A stretch of DNA of 64,000 nt, taken from positions 207,266,001 through 207,330,000 of the forward strand of contig OX597814.1 in assembly GCA_951406725.2 (NCBI GenBank), in the 5' to 3' direction. Source of the DNA: Octopus vulgaris (lineage: Eukaryota). The translations under genes were made by a program, and so were the position numbers. The notes under the pieces were generated by a model. That model was given only the letters and a program-made list of their open reading frames with translations, searched no databases and was not told the DNA's origin. This document shows positions 50,280-64,000 of this stretch, piece by piece. How positions within the stretch are numbered: the first letter of the stretch is position 1; each line of letters opens with the position of its first letter.

Positions 50280-52495
50280 TGTGTCCCATCATTTATAAAT
50301 ACCAACATTATACATACATCTAGTGGAGTCTGCCCAGCTCATTTGTGTGCAGCCTTTGCACGTCCTCCACATTCAATACCAATGTTTCACTACCATGCAT
50401 TATTATACATTGTACAATAATCACTTGGTCCAAGTGAGAATCCTTTTGGAACACATTCCTCCACTGTTAATTTAGTGATCTGTATTAACAGAATCTATCA
50501 AATAATTACAGGGAGGCTGTTATGTATTTGAGAGAATTATTTTATAGAGACTTCTACTACTAATTTCATCAGCTGCATATGAAGTCCTTTTTCTATCACC
50601 CTGCCTATGATCTTTAATTGCTCATTCAACTGTACAGCTGCTGGATTCAATTGCTAATCACTCGGTGGGGTAGGGGGTCTATTTTGTGTAGTCTTTTGCA
50701 TTCCTACTGTACTCATTTTACAACCCCTCAACATTTCCATTCCTTCACTATTGATATAATGTATATTTATCAGCTGTAGATGACTGAGAAAGCAATGTTT
50801 CAAGAAAAAGAAATTACTCTCTTGTAGTATTCAGTCCAAGTTACAGGTCTTTACACCATAGTGAGTTTAATAGGAATCAATAAAGTATGTATCAAAGTAC
50901 TGTGGTTGATATAATTAATAAAAACCTTTAAGATAGTATTAAAAAAATACATACTTCATGCACCAACACACTTTGGAAGGTCACAAAAAAAGATTGCTTG
51001 ATATTCAGTAAAACATGTAGTTTAACCCTTTAGTGTTTAAACTGGCCAAATCCAGCCCAATATATTCTACATGTTTTATATTCAAACTGGTGATATCTGG
51101 CCTCTCACTCCTAACCTACTATGCCATTCTGAAAATAAACAATCACATCATTGAAACCTCAAAGCTATAAGATAATGCATGATTAATTCAAAACAATTTG
51201 AGTGAAAAAGCATTACATTTAACAGAGTATTCTGAACACTAAAGGGTTAAAGAACTGCTGATCGCTATTATATAATGGTTAATAACTCTTGAGCAATAGA
51301 AGAGGTGTGGCCCAAATTCTTGTCAATTATTATCACATAATTTGTTTCACATTTTGTTTGTGTAATTATATTAAATCAATTAATATTTATTTATATTTCA
51401 AGTATTATATACGAGACAGAACAACAGAAAACCGTAGTGACTCATAAACCCTAGTTTCAGCTACAGAATTTTGCGTGAACTCTTAACCCTTTAGTGTTTA
51501 AACTGGCTATATCCGGCCCAAATATTCTACTCATTTTATGCTCAAACTGGCCAGAACCGGTATCTCACACCTACCCTGCAATGTCATTCTAAAAATAAAC
51601 AACTACATCTTTCAAATGTTGAAGGTACAAGATAATACCAGATTAATTTTTTTAAATGTAAATGAATAAAGATTACTTTTGACATATTAATTTGAACGCT
51701 AAAGGGTTAAATGTTTCAAAATTGGCTACTAACTCAGCTTTTCATCCTTTGCTTATTGATAAATTAGAAACTAGGCATTATTTGTGTCAATGTACATTAA
51801 CTGTATCCCTTTTCTACAAAGACACTGCCTTGTACTTAAGGAAAAAAAATCAGCACATACATATAATAACTTACTTATACACAGAATGCAATATTTAGCT
51901 TCAGAATATAAATTACATTAATTTTAGGAAAATAAAAATAAGAAATAAGTGGAAATTTTACCGGTGAGTGTGTTACATTATAAGGCACAAAAAGAAAATG
52001 ACTCTCCCCAGACACAACAGAATATGCTTCAACACACGAACTCATATAAAGAATCTTGCAAACCAAATCCAAAAACGAAAATACATTAAGTAAATGAGAA
52101 ATAGATTTTCTCCTGGTTAAGATGCTAGTTTAAGATATATGTTATACATTTATCTCAAACCTATGTGTTGCTATATAGTTTCCTTACGCTAAGACATATA
52201 AGCTTTTTTAGTTGTTGCATTAAATTGCAAGTCAAACCACATTACGCATTCAGTTATTTTATTCTCCCTCTTTGTTCTCATCTTATGTGTGCATATGCTT
52301 GTGTGTGTGCATACATACTCATGCATATTACTATTAGGATATCATTTTTCATAAAACTGTTCTGTGCATGACAACAGTTCATGTGTTTCCTCTGCTATAG
52401 TTATTTTCTGCACTAAGTAATTTCTTTTTAATGATATTCTCAATTGATTTTATTGCACATAGTTGTGACAAAAATATCTGTACTCGCTATTGTGA

Positions 52496-52558
<63 letters not shown>

Positions 52559-52559
52559 T

Positions 52560-52946
52560 TTTACTCTCTCTTTACTCTTTTACTTGTTTCAGTCATTTGA
52601 CTGCGGCCATGCCGGAGCACCGCCTTTAGTCGAGCAAATCGACCCCGGGACTTATTCTTTGTAAGCCCAGTACTTATTCTATCGGTCTCTTTTGCCGAAC
52701 CGCTAAGTAACGGGGACGTAAACACACCAGCATTGGTTGTCAAGCGATGCTAGGGGGCAGACACACAAACACACACACATATATACGACAGGCTTCTTTC
52801 AGTTTCCGTCTACCAAATCCACTCACAAGGCATTGGTTGGCCCAGGGCTATAGCAGAAGACACTTGCCCAAGATGCCACGCCGTGGGACTGAACCCGGAA
52901 GCATGTGGTTGGTTAGCAAGCTACTTACCACACACCCACTCCTGCG

Positions 52947-52948
<2 letters not shown>
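52560..52948 (-). mobile_element. SINE family 1 copy inserted within a (TA)n tract
   Basis: Reverse complement of the consensus with long TA runs on both sides. Confidence 0.9.
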
Positions 52949-53019
<71 letters not shown>

Positions 53020-53819
53020 CATGTGTAATCAAATGAGTAAAAGAATGAGAATATATTAATACAATCTCTTTGAAACTTGTAATTTTATGAAAATTTTCAA
53101 GAATAATGGACACGTTTCTTTTTTTTTTTTTTTTTTTTTTTAGCTTGAAGGTTTTTTATATATTTCACTTAGTCATAGCGATATTGATAACCTGGTGTTA
53201 GAACTCAACATGCATCTGTTTCAGAATAAAGCATTAGTCAAGTATAGAGTATAATATGAAATTAAGCAGATGACAAAGGAACAGGAAATTATTCAATGAA
53301 AGAGTGACAAAAGAATAGGGGCTACATGTTCACCTTTATTAGCTTATAACTGTTTCTGCTATAAGAAGCAATGCACTCAGGGCTGAGTACTTGTGCAGCA
53401 TCTTCACACTTCTGCCCATGTTTTCTTTGATCTTCCTCTTCCAGAGTTTCCTTCCACTTTTCATCCTGGCACTTCTTTACTCATTTGCTATCCTTCATGG
53501 TCATCACATGTCCACACATCCCAGTCTTCATTCTTGCACACTATAGCTGATCTTTCTTATACCTTGCTTCTCTCAGCTCATTTGTACCGTGTCATTCATG
53601 TGTGCGAACATTATGCATCCACTGGAGCGAGCCTGCTTTATTCCTCTCCAACTTTTGCACATCCTCTACATTCAGTGCCCACCTCTCACTACTTTGCAAT
53701 GTCACACTTCGTACACAAGCATCTTACGATCGCATTACAAATGACAATACAACAAACTGAGATGCTGTGTTGGAAGGGATTCATCCAACCCACATAGGCA
53801 TGGGAAAGGGGATAATGAT

Positions 53820-54110
53820 ACTTTGAGATCAACCCCAACACCTGGGAAATGCCAGCACAGGACTGTCCTGCCTGGCAAAGCTACACCAACTGAAGTGCCA
53901 CTTCCTACGAACAGAACAGGATTGTAGAAGCACAAAGAAAACATGAATTGTGCAAGTCCAGAGCCAACTCCTTGCCTTCAGTCCCAGCAGGTCACCAGTG
54001 CCCAACCTGCTGCAGAGCCTTCCAAGCATGCATCAGACTGACTGACCAATCACAGCCAGACACACCATGACCCATCTTCTCTCATCAACAACAATGGACA
54101 AACATTCATT
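53820..54110 (+). mobile_element. Degraded RTE LINE 3' end with a zinc-finger remnant
   Basis: Reads FEINPNTWEMPAQDCPAW...EQNRIVEAQRKHELCKSRA...HQCPTCCRAF and resembles the 56487-56893 element. Confidence 0.7.
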
Positions 54111-55247
54111 AAACATGATATTCAAGTTAGATGTTTTCCTTTTGTATCTTTTCTTAAGACTCTTATGTTAAGTTAAGGACAATGGATTTAGAAATGCTAT
54201 TGTTCCTAACTAAACATAAAGGACTAATAAGAAAGAATGAAAAATCCTTAATAAGAAAAATTTCTAATTTGAACAGTCATGTCTTTGATATAACATACAT
54301 AACAGCTATGACTGTGGTTGAGAAATTTGCTTCCCAATCAACTGGTTTTGAGTTCAGTCCCAACACGTGTCTACTTGTAAATGTTTAAATCATTTCAGCT
54401 TTTAAGCTGCGGTCAAGCTGGGGCACCACCATAAAAAGGAAAATAGCCAACCATTTTCCTGTAATTATTGTAAAAATCTGTAAATGACTTCAGTAAATGA
54501 ATTCTAATTTTATTTATGTAAAGGTGGCACGTAAAAAGCACCCACTACACTCACGGAGTGGTTGGCGTTAGGAAGGGCATCCAGCTGTAGAAACATTGCC
54601 AGATAAGACTGGAGCCTGGTGCAGCCTTCTGGCTTCTCAGATCCCCGGTCGAACCGTCCAACCCATGCTAGCATGGAGAACGGACGTTAAACAATGATGA
54701 TGATATCACCCAGATATCATTGGTTACATAAAATGTGATAGTGTGGAATTATGTATACTACACAAATACACAATTGAAATGCCCATTGTAAACCTCTTTG
54801 CTGGCTGACTAGTCATTCAATATCTATTTCGAAGGGTTCTGATACCACAACTTCCCTATATGATTTTCAAGCTTTGAGGTAGCTTAAGAAACTGTTTTCA
54901 TAACATATAGTCATGTTCTTTTACTGTTTCAGAAATCTTTAGCATAGCTGAAATTCTTTGTGACAAGTTATTAATTTATTTCACTCTCCCTCTCTCTCTT
55001 TCCCTCGCCCTCTCTTTTTCTCTCCTTCCTTCCTCCCCACCAACCATTTTCTCACTTTCCAAAATAACAAAGAAATCCATATTTGCTTTTACATGTGCTG
55101 ACAAAAATATACTTACTAAATTGAAAGATCACATCAATAGCACTGACAATAAATATACACACCCATATGTGTATGTGTGTGTCTGTGTATTTTATTGCTA
55201 CTCTCCTAATTGTTTTTTAAATCTTTTCAACATTTTTTTCTTGACAG

Positions 55248-55343
55248 GGTTACCTTAAGGCACTGGGCTTAAAACGTACTGCTGAAGTCAAAAGGGATGC
55301 CAGAATTGGTGAGGCTGAAGCTAAAAGAGATGCTGGAATACGA
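55248..55343 (+). CDS. FLOT1: Flotillin-1 exon E (96 nt): [32 protein letters not shown]
   Basis: Acceptor tttttcttgacAG, donor GTgagt. Contains the [16 protein letters not shown] motif. Confidence 0.96.
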
Positions 55344-55380
55344 GTGAGTTTTTCCATTTCTTTTTTTTTTTTTTTTTTTA

Positions 55381-55422
<42 letters not shown>

Positions 55423-56486
55423 ATGTCTTTTTGGTTTCAATTTCTTACAAAATTAGTCCTATATTTATAGCAATCCAAAGAAGTTTGAGGCTATTTTCGT
55501 AGACTCAAAATTTTTAAAAGTGGTAGGCTTGGTATTTTTTTGTTGTGAGACAGTCAATCTGCTAATTATATGCATTCTGTATTGCCTATGTAAGATCAGC
55601 CACCTACAACTCATCTTTTGCCTTTTTTTTTTTTACTTTTGTTGTTGTTGCTGCTATTGTTTACCCCCAGGTCAACCTATTCAACCACACTTCCACCATG
55701 ACTACCCTGTTTTCCTTCATAGTGCATCAAGAAATACTTCAGCACCCAAGTGTGTGATTAAAAAAAAATGGTGGAATGTGAATGTAGGAAATGAGCTACG
55801 ATGATGGAATGGTCTAAAAAGAGTCTAATTGAAGCCAAGAAAGGAACTTCTATGTAGTCTACTGGCTCATTTTGGCTCAGATTCCTTAACCCTTTAGCAT
55901 TTAAACCGGCCATATCCGGCCAAAAGTATTCTGCCTGTTTTATGGTCAAACTGACCAGATCTGGTCTCTCACACCAACCCTACAATATCGTTTTAAAAAT
56001 TAACAGCTACCTCATCAAAATCTCATAGCTACTAGATAATGCATGATTAACTCAAAACAATGTGGATAAAAAAGGATTAACTTTGGCAGAATAATGCAAA
56101 CACTAAAGGGTTAAACCTCCTGTCATCATCAAATTTAATTTCTAATGTCTCAATTCAGGACATAAAATTTGTTGTAAATGATGAAATGGTCTTAAATTAA
56201 AATGCTAATTGAATCATTCGTATTTATTGGCATTAGGAAGGACATCCAGCCATAGAAACTATGCTAAATCCAACTGGAACTTGGTACAGCTCTCCAGCTT
56301 ACCAATTCCAGTCAAACCATCTAATCCATGCCAGCATGGAAAGCAGATGCTAGATGATGATTTAGATAACTCCTTGACATCAGTCTATTCAGGGCTGGCT
56401 GGAGCTATTCAGTAAATCCTACAGAAAAATGATTGCTTTTAAGTGCCTTGTTAAAGCTACATTTAAAACTGGCTGCTGTGTAACAT

Positions 56487-56893
56487 GAATGAATGTTCGT
56501 CCTTCGGGTTCGAAGATGACCATTGACATCATTTGGTGGAATTGCTGCTGTGAGACCGGAGGTGGCTGGTGAGGCCAATCCGGGCAAGAAAGCCCCTCCC
56601 ACAGATGGGGCAGAAGCGGGTAGGGGCTGTGCTATTGGTGCAGGTGGCTCTGGCTTTCCGCATCTGGCGTTTCTGTTCTGCTGACTGAATCCGTCTCTCC
56701 TCGGCTGTCTTTGCTCCTGTGGTGATTACGCTGCACCAGGATGAGCGGTCGGCAGCAAGTGTCTCCCAAGTCTCTGTGCCGATGGAGAAGTCTTTGAGAG
56801 AGACTTTGAGACTGTCCTTGAAGCGCTTCTTCTGCCCTCCGACTTTGCGTTTGCCCTGGCTGAGTCCACCGTAGAAGAGCTGTTTTGGGATGC
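56487..56893 (-). mobile_element. 5'-truncated RTE LINE with a C-terminal C2H2 zinc finger and 7-bp target-site duplication
   Basis: Uninterrupted RIPKQLFYG..GKRKVGGQKKRFKDSLK..CPICGRGFLARIGLTSHLRSH, a (CATT)n tail, and GTAACAT at both 56480-56486 and 56894-56900. Confidence 0.9.
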
Positions 56894-58102
56894 GTAACAT
56901 ATGGATATAGTGTCTCCTGTTTTGATTGTTTGTGATGAAGTAGAAGTTCAGAATAATAGTGTAACTGATGTTAAACAATACTTTAACCATTGTTTATTTT
57001 GAGGTGATTAATTTTAAATGAAAATACCTTCCTGCTATCTTGGATTATAAGCAATTACATTCCCCATCAAATGAAATATTTCCATGTAATAATCCTAATG
57101 TTGGTTGCAATTATTCTTTGGCTGCCAGATCTACCCTGATACTCAGCTACCTATCACCGAAGATATTCCAGTTGTTATCATTTCATAGGGCAGTGAATAC
57201 TAGAATTGGTAGAGCATCAGAAAAATAACTTGTGATATTCAGTTATACTTATGTTTTGAGTTCAAATCCAACCCAAGTCAGCTTTTCCAAAGTTGATAAA
57301 ATAAGTTAGTCAAGATTTTTCAGAGTGGAGGTCAATATAATTAACTAAACCAGTGATTCCATAACTTATTTCGGTGAGGGACATTTATCTAATTCTCCAA
57401 AATCTTATAACTAGTACCTCTGTACATATTTTACAAACAACTCCCTGCTTTGCTAATTATAAATAAGACCTTAAATGAAACAAAATTGTTTTAGGGAATT
57501 TTTTCACATAAAACAGAGTTCACATTTTTATATACATATTATAAGGATATACATATTGTACTTTTAATCTGATGTTGTTTCAATGCAGTAAATGTATTGT
57601 ATACTGATTTCTATATAGAAGAAAAAGTTCCAACCTAGCTTGCTATAGCAGAAACACCAATGTCTACCAGCTCACTAATGTCATTCTGTGTGAGCTAATC
57701 TTTTTTAAACAATCTCTAAAGGAGAAATTTCTCTGAGACAAAATCCTGTCTCTAGCGCTGTTCCACATTTGTATATATAAGGATATAGACATCATTATAA
57801 TAATCTATTTTGAAAATGATGAATCTCATTTTTTTTCATAAAGAGACCTGTTATCTCAAGAAACCCCAAAATTTGTTCATGGAATCCACTTTGGGAATCA
57901 CACTATACTAAACCCTTGAAGTTGGTGTCCCAGTAGTCATAATCCAGTGACTGAAACTCAAAATAAACTCTTTTCTTTGACTATATTATCCAGTATACAC
58001 TTAATCTTTCCCCACTATCTGTAATTTATAAAAAAATTTTTTAAATATTTTTGCTCTACTTCAACACATTCCATAATTATTTTTCAATGAATGTTTTTAC
58101 AG

Positions 58103-58255
58103 GAAGCCAAAGCTGAAGAACAAAAGATGGCTGCTCGTTATGCCAATGATATTGAAATTTCCAAAGCTCAGAGAGATTTTGAATTGAAGAAAGCTGCGTA
58201 CGATCAAGAAGTAAACTCTAAGAAAGCTATGTCCGATATGGCTTACGATCTTCAA
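58103..58255 (+). CDS. FLOT1: Flotillin-1 exon F (153 nt): [51 protein letters not shown]
   Basis: Acceptor tttttacAG, donor GTaagt. Coiled-coil motif [17 protein letters not shown]. Confidence 0.97.
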
Positions 58256-61250
58256 GTAAGTGTCTTTTTCCCACTCAATGTTATGAGTTTGTTGCTCATC
58301 AGATATTACTGAGTTATGTTAGTTTAAATTTACATATGTATCTCACAAATGTTATTGAAAACAATAGTAAGAAAATCTTTTGACTAAGAACAAACAATTG
58401 TTTCATAATGACTTGTAAGAGAAATTTTTTCGTGAAATCCAATCACATGATCTATGAATGACTTCTATTTAGTCTTGTACTGAGGTACTGAATTAGTCTC
58501 AGGATCAATTATGAACTAAGTAAAGAACTTTTCATGACAAGTGATTATGCAAAGCTCCACTTTCAGCTATCATCTCTTCACATCCATCTTTGAGGAAATA
58601 ATCTTTAGAAATTAGGTCTGAATGAATATGGAAATTTGTTACAGATAACATAAAAGAACTTCAGACTAAAGTAAAAGAGGGTTGGAACTTGTACAAGATG
58701 GGTAGACTGAAAACATGAAGCTAAACATAGTCGAAATAAAGACACAAATTGATATCACAAAAAATGTTAATGGAGTTAATGAAGTGGCATTGATTAATAT
58801 TCAGGAGAGGAGTTAGTGAGGACTTAGTGTACTGTAGTGAGTGTAAACATCAAGTATATAAAATACAATCAAATTTTCAACAGATTGACCAGAAAAGAAA
58901 ACTTTGGGTATACTACAGTAACTAACAGTAAGTAGTTTTGATGGCTTACAAGAAGTAGATTTTTGTTAACTAGGTAAAATATTTCATGAAGCATTTGAAG
59001 TAGTTGTAGCATAATAGCTAGGGTCTGGAGCAGGGATTTTGGAAGATTGCCTTTTAATTTACTTTGCAACAGCAGGCATTTTAGTTGTATATGAAAAGTG
59101 TGATGTATTATTATTGCTGTAAATGCAAGAAAACCTGCAGAAGAACAAAATGAAAACAAATAAGAATGTGCTCAGTGTAACCAGTTTATATACACACAAA
59201 TACACACTTACCATTATATTTCGCTTGAAACCTTGTAAGTCAACACCTACCCAAATAGCATAAGCAGATCAGGAATTCCAGAGGGTTGATATTCTGGGAA
59301 GTATGAACTAGGAGTAGTGATGAGTGCAGGACCTGGAAGGTTAGACACAAGGATGATGAAAGGTGGAAAGGTGTGTGTGTGTGTAAGGAATACTGGAGTG
59401 GAGGTGGCATGAACTTAGCTGGCTCTGAGGATCAGAAGCCATTATAGTAGCAGTAGAAAAGGTAGAGAGAAAAGGCAGCAGATTCAATAGCCAGAGGCTA
59501 GAGCATGTCTGAGTGAACTTTTGCCGAGCAATCAGGCATCCTTTCTTTGGATGTGGAGTAGGATGCCTGTATATGCCGCAATGGTTGAAGTATTTTCTGG
59601 CTCTAAAGAGCAGTTATTGGAATGTAGTTCAAGTGATGTTATGGATGTTTTTTTCTTTTTGCCAGAAAAGATCCTTACTGATGGTGAGATTCAACACACA
59701 CACATAGACCATCACCATCATCATTTAACATTCATATTCCAAGCTGGCATTGATTGGATGGTTTGACAGGATCCAACAATCCAGAGGGCTATGCTGATCT
59801 TCTTTGACTGCTTTGGCAAGGTTTCTACAGCTGGATGCCCTTCCTAATGCCAAAAGGCATCAAAGAAAATGCTCAATGCATTACATGAAAATTCTATTGG
59901 GATAGGATGTAATATCAATAGTAAAACCTTTAGAATGCAGATGTGGGTATGCATTGTTGAAGGTAGGCACCAGTTATAGGGGTAAATCGTTAAAAAAGAT
60001 TAGCAATCAGTTAAATTGGACTTAGGAGTGTGAAGCCTATGGATTAAATAACATAGAAGCAACATTACAAAACATCCAACCCATAGTAACCTGGAAAAAA
60101 TAAGCTATATGGATAAATGTTCGATAAGTGTATGGCACTGGTGCCACATGAAAATCACTGGTGATAGTGCCATATAAAAAGCACCCACTACACTCTTTAA
60201 TGTGGTTAGCATTAGGAAGGGCATCCAGCTGTAGAAACGAAGTCAAAAACAGACTATGGAACCTAGTGCAGCCCTTGGTTTACCAGTTCCTGTCAAGCCA
60301 TCTAACCCATGCCAGCATGGAAAACAGACATCAAATGATGATGATGTGTCATCATTATTATCATTTTACATTGGTTTTTTCCATGTACATATAGGTTGAA
60401 TGTGTTTTTTTAGGAGTTTTTTTCCAACAGTCTCACCACTTGTTACAGTCCGTCATATCCCTCATGGTGTTCATCCAACCCTATTGTAAGAGACACTTGC
60501 CTAAAATGTCACACTGGAATTGAATCTGGGATCCCCATGATTGTGAAGCAAACATCTTAACCCAATTTGGTCAGGGTTGCATTCACATATGTTGTTATGT
60601 GTGTGTACTCATTAAAAGATGAACCTGCAAAGAATTAATAGAAATTGTGTACTAAAGATTTATATTTTAGCATTATGTACAACATAATGGCTATAAGAGT
60701 AAGGTTTTCAGTTAATGACTAAATGGCTGTGACTTTGAAAACATAATTAAATGTATTGTGCTGTGTACTTAGGTAAGTGCTTCAGTCTGTAGTCAACCTG
60801 ACTGATAGTTTCCAGGCACGTAAAAAGCACCATCCGTTCGTGTCCGTTGCCAGCCTCGCCTGGCCCTCGTGCCGGTGGCACATAAAAAGCACCGTCCGTT
60901 CGTGGCCGTTTGCCAGCTCTGTCTGGCACCTGTGCGGGTGGCACGTAAAAAGCACCCACTACACTCACGGAGTGGTTGGTGTTAGGAAGGGCATCCAGCC
61001 GTAGAAACACTGCCAGATCAGACTGGGCCTGATGCAGCCTTCTGGCTTCACAGACCCCAGTTGAACCGTCCAACCCATGCTAGCATGGAAAACGGACGCT
61101 AAACGATGATGATGATGATATTGTTAACAGTTGAAATTTCATCTAACTGTAAAATCAGTTACTACAACAAACAAACAAAGATGACTGTATGTTAGCATGA
61201 ATTGAGCGGATTTGAATGTTGAAGTGAAACTCTGTTGTATTTCATTGTAG

Positions 61251-61432
61251 GCTGCTAAGACTAAACAAAAAATCAAAGAAGAAGACATGCAAGTAGTGGT
61301 GGTTGAAAGGACTCAACAAATTGCTGTTCAAGAGCAGGAAATTGTTCGCCGAGAACGAGAACTTGACAGTCAAGTCCGAAAACCTGCTGAAGCCGAGAAA
61401 TATAGGTTGGAGAAGATAGCAGAAGCTAATAG
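61251..61432 (+). CDS. FLOT1: Flotillin-1 exon G (182 nt): [60 protein letters not shown](R)
   Basis: Acceptor ttcattgtAG, donor GTgaga. Flotillin-domain motifs AVQEQEI.RRE.EL and [14 protein letters not shown]. Confidence 0.96.
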
Positions 61433-62778
61433 GTGAGAAAACTCTAATAAATGTATTGTTCACATGGTAAACTTTAAATTAAACTGCCTGATGAGAAATT
61501 AATATTTCACATATGGTAAAATAGGTTGTTTAACATGACAAACATAGCTTGGTAAGCAGCATGGCTTGGCAGAGACGGTAAGTTCCTGACAAAGCCAAGA
61601 TTGCAACCCTGTGCTCAATTTTTTGGTCTTAGCTATTTTACTTAATTCTGCTGATGGCCTTTTGGGTGGCATGGAACACTGCAACTTCCACTTATTTCAT
61701 CTTAAAACTAGGAGGGCTAATCGCTCATTAACAGATAGCTCTGTTCATGGCGATTAGGTAATTGACTCTATCAGTAGTATCCATCAATGTTTAATTATTT
61801 GTATTGACTTGAGCAGAAGAGAAATGGAGGCTTACAGTATTCACCCTGACAGCAGTTATTTCTCTCTGCCTCTGATATTAAATAAACCTGCAATAAGCTG
61901 TTGTTTCACACCAGATGTCTGTCCCTGAATTGCTTAGTACTGTCAAAACATAAGGTAAGCTTCACCACTTTTTAGTCTTCTCTCAGAAAAAGACAATGTG
62001 CACAGTATGCTGTAACCAATATTTATATAAGCTCAACTTAAACCTCAAAGCAACCTTTACTGAAAGACATGGTATGTTTATGGACACAAAAAATATGTCT
62101 TATGTTGCAAGGTGTAATATGTAGTTAAAATTAGATTGCTATTTATCAAAGCCTCATCATTTTCTATGTTACTGAATGCTTGCAATAAAGTACTTGAACA
62201 TTGCAAGTTCAAGTTTCTTCATATTCTCTCTTTAGATCCAATTCCAAGTTTGAGTGGCTTTAGTAGACAAACTGAAAGAAGCTTATTGTGTGTGTCTTGC
62301 CACAAATAGACATATGATTGATTGTAAATGAGCATTATCATCATACAAGTGAGGTTGTTAATTTCCAGTCTTTTTGTGAAAAACATGACTAGCTATGAGG
62401 AAATATCACCTTGCTTGGAAATGGGTTAGGGTTGGCAACAGGAAGGGCATCTAGCTATAGAAAATCTGCCTTAATGAATTCCATTTGATCCATGAATGCA
62501 TGGAAAAGAGGATGTTAAATGATGATGACATCTTGTTTGAGCACATGATACTTTATAAAAAGTTTGTACATTATGATGATACTGTGACAAAATGTGACTT
62601 AATTTAATTATATTAAAACCTTACAGCATGTGGCATTTCTTGTGTCCAAATATATTTGGTCTCTCAGTCTTTCTTCTGTTCAAAGTAGTGTGCAGTTCTG
62701 TGGACAAACAGAAGACATATACATGTGGAGTGAATTGCTAAAAGTTTAGAGATTAATTAAATATATTTTGTTTCTTAG

Positions 62779-62824
62779 AAACCGGATTATTCTTGAAGCT
62801 GAAGCTAATGCTGCTGCTAAGAAG
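62779..62824 (+). CDS. FLOT1: Flotillin-1 exon H (46 nt): (R)NRIILEAEANAAAKK; gene continues beyond the window
   Basis: Acceptor ttttgtttcttAG, donor GTtggt. Phase 2 to 0 fits exon G, and the peptide is an EAEA repeat. Confidence 0.88.
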
Positions 62825-63162
62825 GTTGGTACCAATTCTTTGTCAAAATAGTTTGTGTGTATGTGTACTTTTGAGAGAGACTGTGTGCATGCATGTTCCT
62901 TGATGCAGACATCTTCTTTGGGGGAATGCATCCATCTTCTTTAGAGTGCTTGTATGCTCCATATAGTTGATTTACTGTATATTCAAAGGTTTACATCATT
63001 ATAAACTATGCCACTTTTTCTTCTGAATCATTTAAATCTTCATTGTTTGAATGTAATTTGCTCATATTTAATTATATATATATATAGTCTTACTTATGCA
63101 TGCATAGAAGTAATTAAAAAAATCAGATGTTAAATGATGATATATATATAAACACACATACA

Positions 63163-63962
63163 CAGAGGGTATCCTAAAATTAAGGCAAGCAATTTTTTTT
63201 CCATTTTGCCAAAGCAAAATATTGCTATATTTCAGGTCTGAGCATTGCAATGATAAAGGAAACACAATTATGACACTCTCACATTTATTCTAAATGACCA
63301 CTTCTGTTTCAAATCACAGCCTTAAGTCTAGATATGCTTCACATGCTGCATGCGGCTGTTCTTGTGGAATTGAAGCCCATTCCTGGTGCAATTTTTCCTT
63401 CAGAGCATCAAGCAAAACGTCAAGTGCTCAAGACCCTTGTCTCCAAAATGAACCAAACTGAAAAATCCAACTGGTTGAGATCAAAGCTTCTTGAGGGCCA
63501 TACATCCTTGCCTATGAACAACGGAATATTTTCCTGAATCCAGTGTTGTGTCTGCTTGGAGTTGTGGGATGGTACCAAGTCCTGTTGGAGACTCCAAAGT
63601 GCACCTCGAAAGTGCCTCATTTGCCCATGGAAGCAGTTCAGTTTCCAGAATGTTGCTAATGTATCGCTGAGTGTTAATTTAAATACTCGAGAGCATAAAA
63701 ACGAGGTCAGACCTTCCAGTGGCTGTCACAGCCACCCAAACCATAACTGACTGTTGATTTTAACATTGATTTATGAGTCTACCCTTGACTTAAGCCAAAT
63801 ATACTCCAAAGTCAGTCATTCTGGTGTTTTACTGTCTGTACGATGTCAAATTTCTTTTCAGAATTAAGTTTTTATAATGATTTATAATTTTCATATCTTA
63901 TCACATTTATTGATAGCTATTAAAGCCTGAAACTTTGGTTGCTTTAATGTCAGGACGACCTG
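63163..63962 (-). mobile_element. Second DD37D Tc1/mariner relic
   Basis: The minus strand reads LQQDLVPSHNSKQTQHWIQENIPLFIGKDVWPSRSFDLNQLDFSVW (D-37-D); degenerate terminal inverted repeats. Confidence 0.8.
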
Positions 63963-64000
63963 TATGTATGTATGTATGTATATATATATATGTATAAACA

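Noticed and set aside
53335-53390. Hammerhead-like remnant on the minus strand (TGCT..AGCA-GAAA-CAGTTA-TA-AGCT)
   Set aside because: The CUGANGA box is not recoverable.
54834-54877. Possible 44-nt cassette exon upstream of exon E
   Set aside because: Weak acceptor and donor, not frame-preserving, and no flotillin similarity.

Overview
AT-rich, repeat-dense eukaryotic DNA. The SINE families and the (TA)/(CA) microsatellite load suggest an octopus or other coleoid cephalopod; this is an inference. The window lies inside one + strand gene, flotillin-1 (reggie-2, SPFH/band-7 family). Nine GT-AG coding exons are recognisable, of 76, 91, 91, 144, 120, 96, 153, 182 and 46 nt; the start-codon exon and the C-terminal exons were not found in the window. 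The main finding is that the 91-nt SPFH exon occurs twice (29647-29737 and 32435-32525). Both copies are intact and diverged, and including both or skipping both gives a premature stop, so they look like a mutually exclusive exon pair. A candidate 4-nt microexon (41769-41772) has the same phase. The introns also hold an apparently intact minimal hammerhead ribozyme on the minus strand (18847-18934) in a cluster of (TA)n-embedded fold-back elements of Penelope/retrozyme type. Other repeats are three SINE families, RTE and CR1-group LINE fragments, DD37D Tc1/mariner relics, a mariner MITE and about ten TTAA piggyBac-type MITEs. Most ORFs in the supplied track are repeat artefacts. Exon letters A-H are local to this window.
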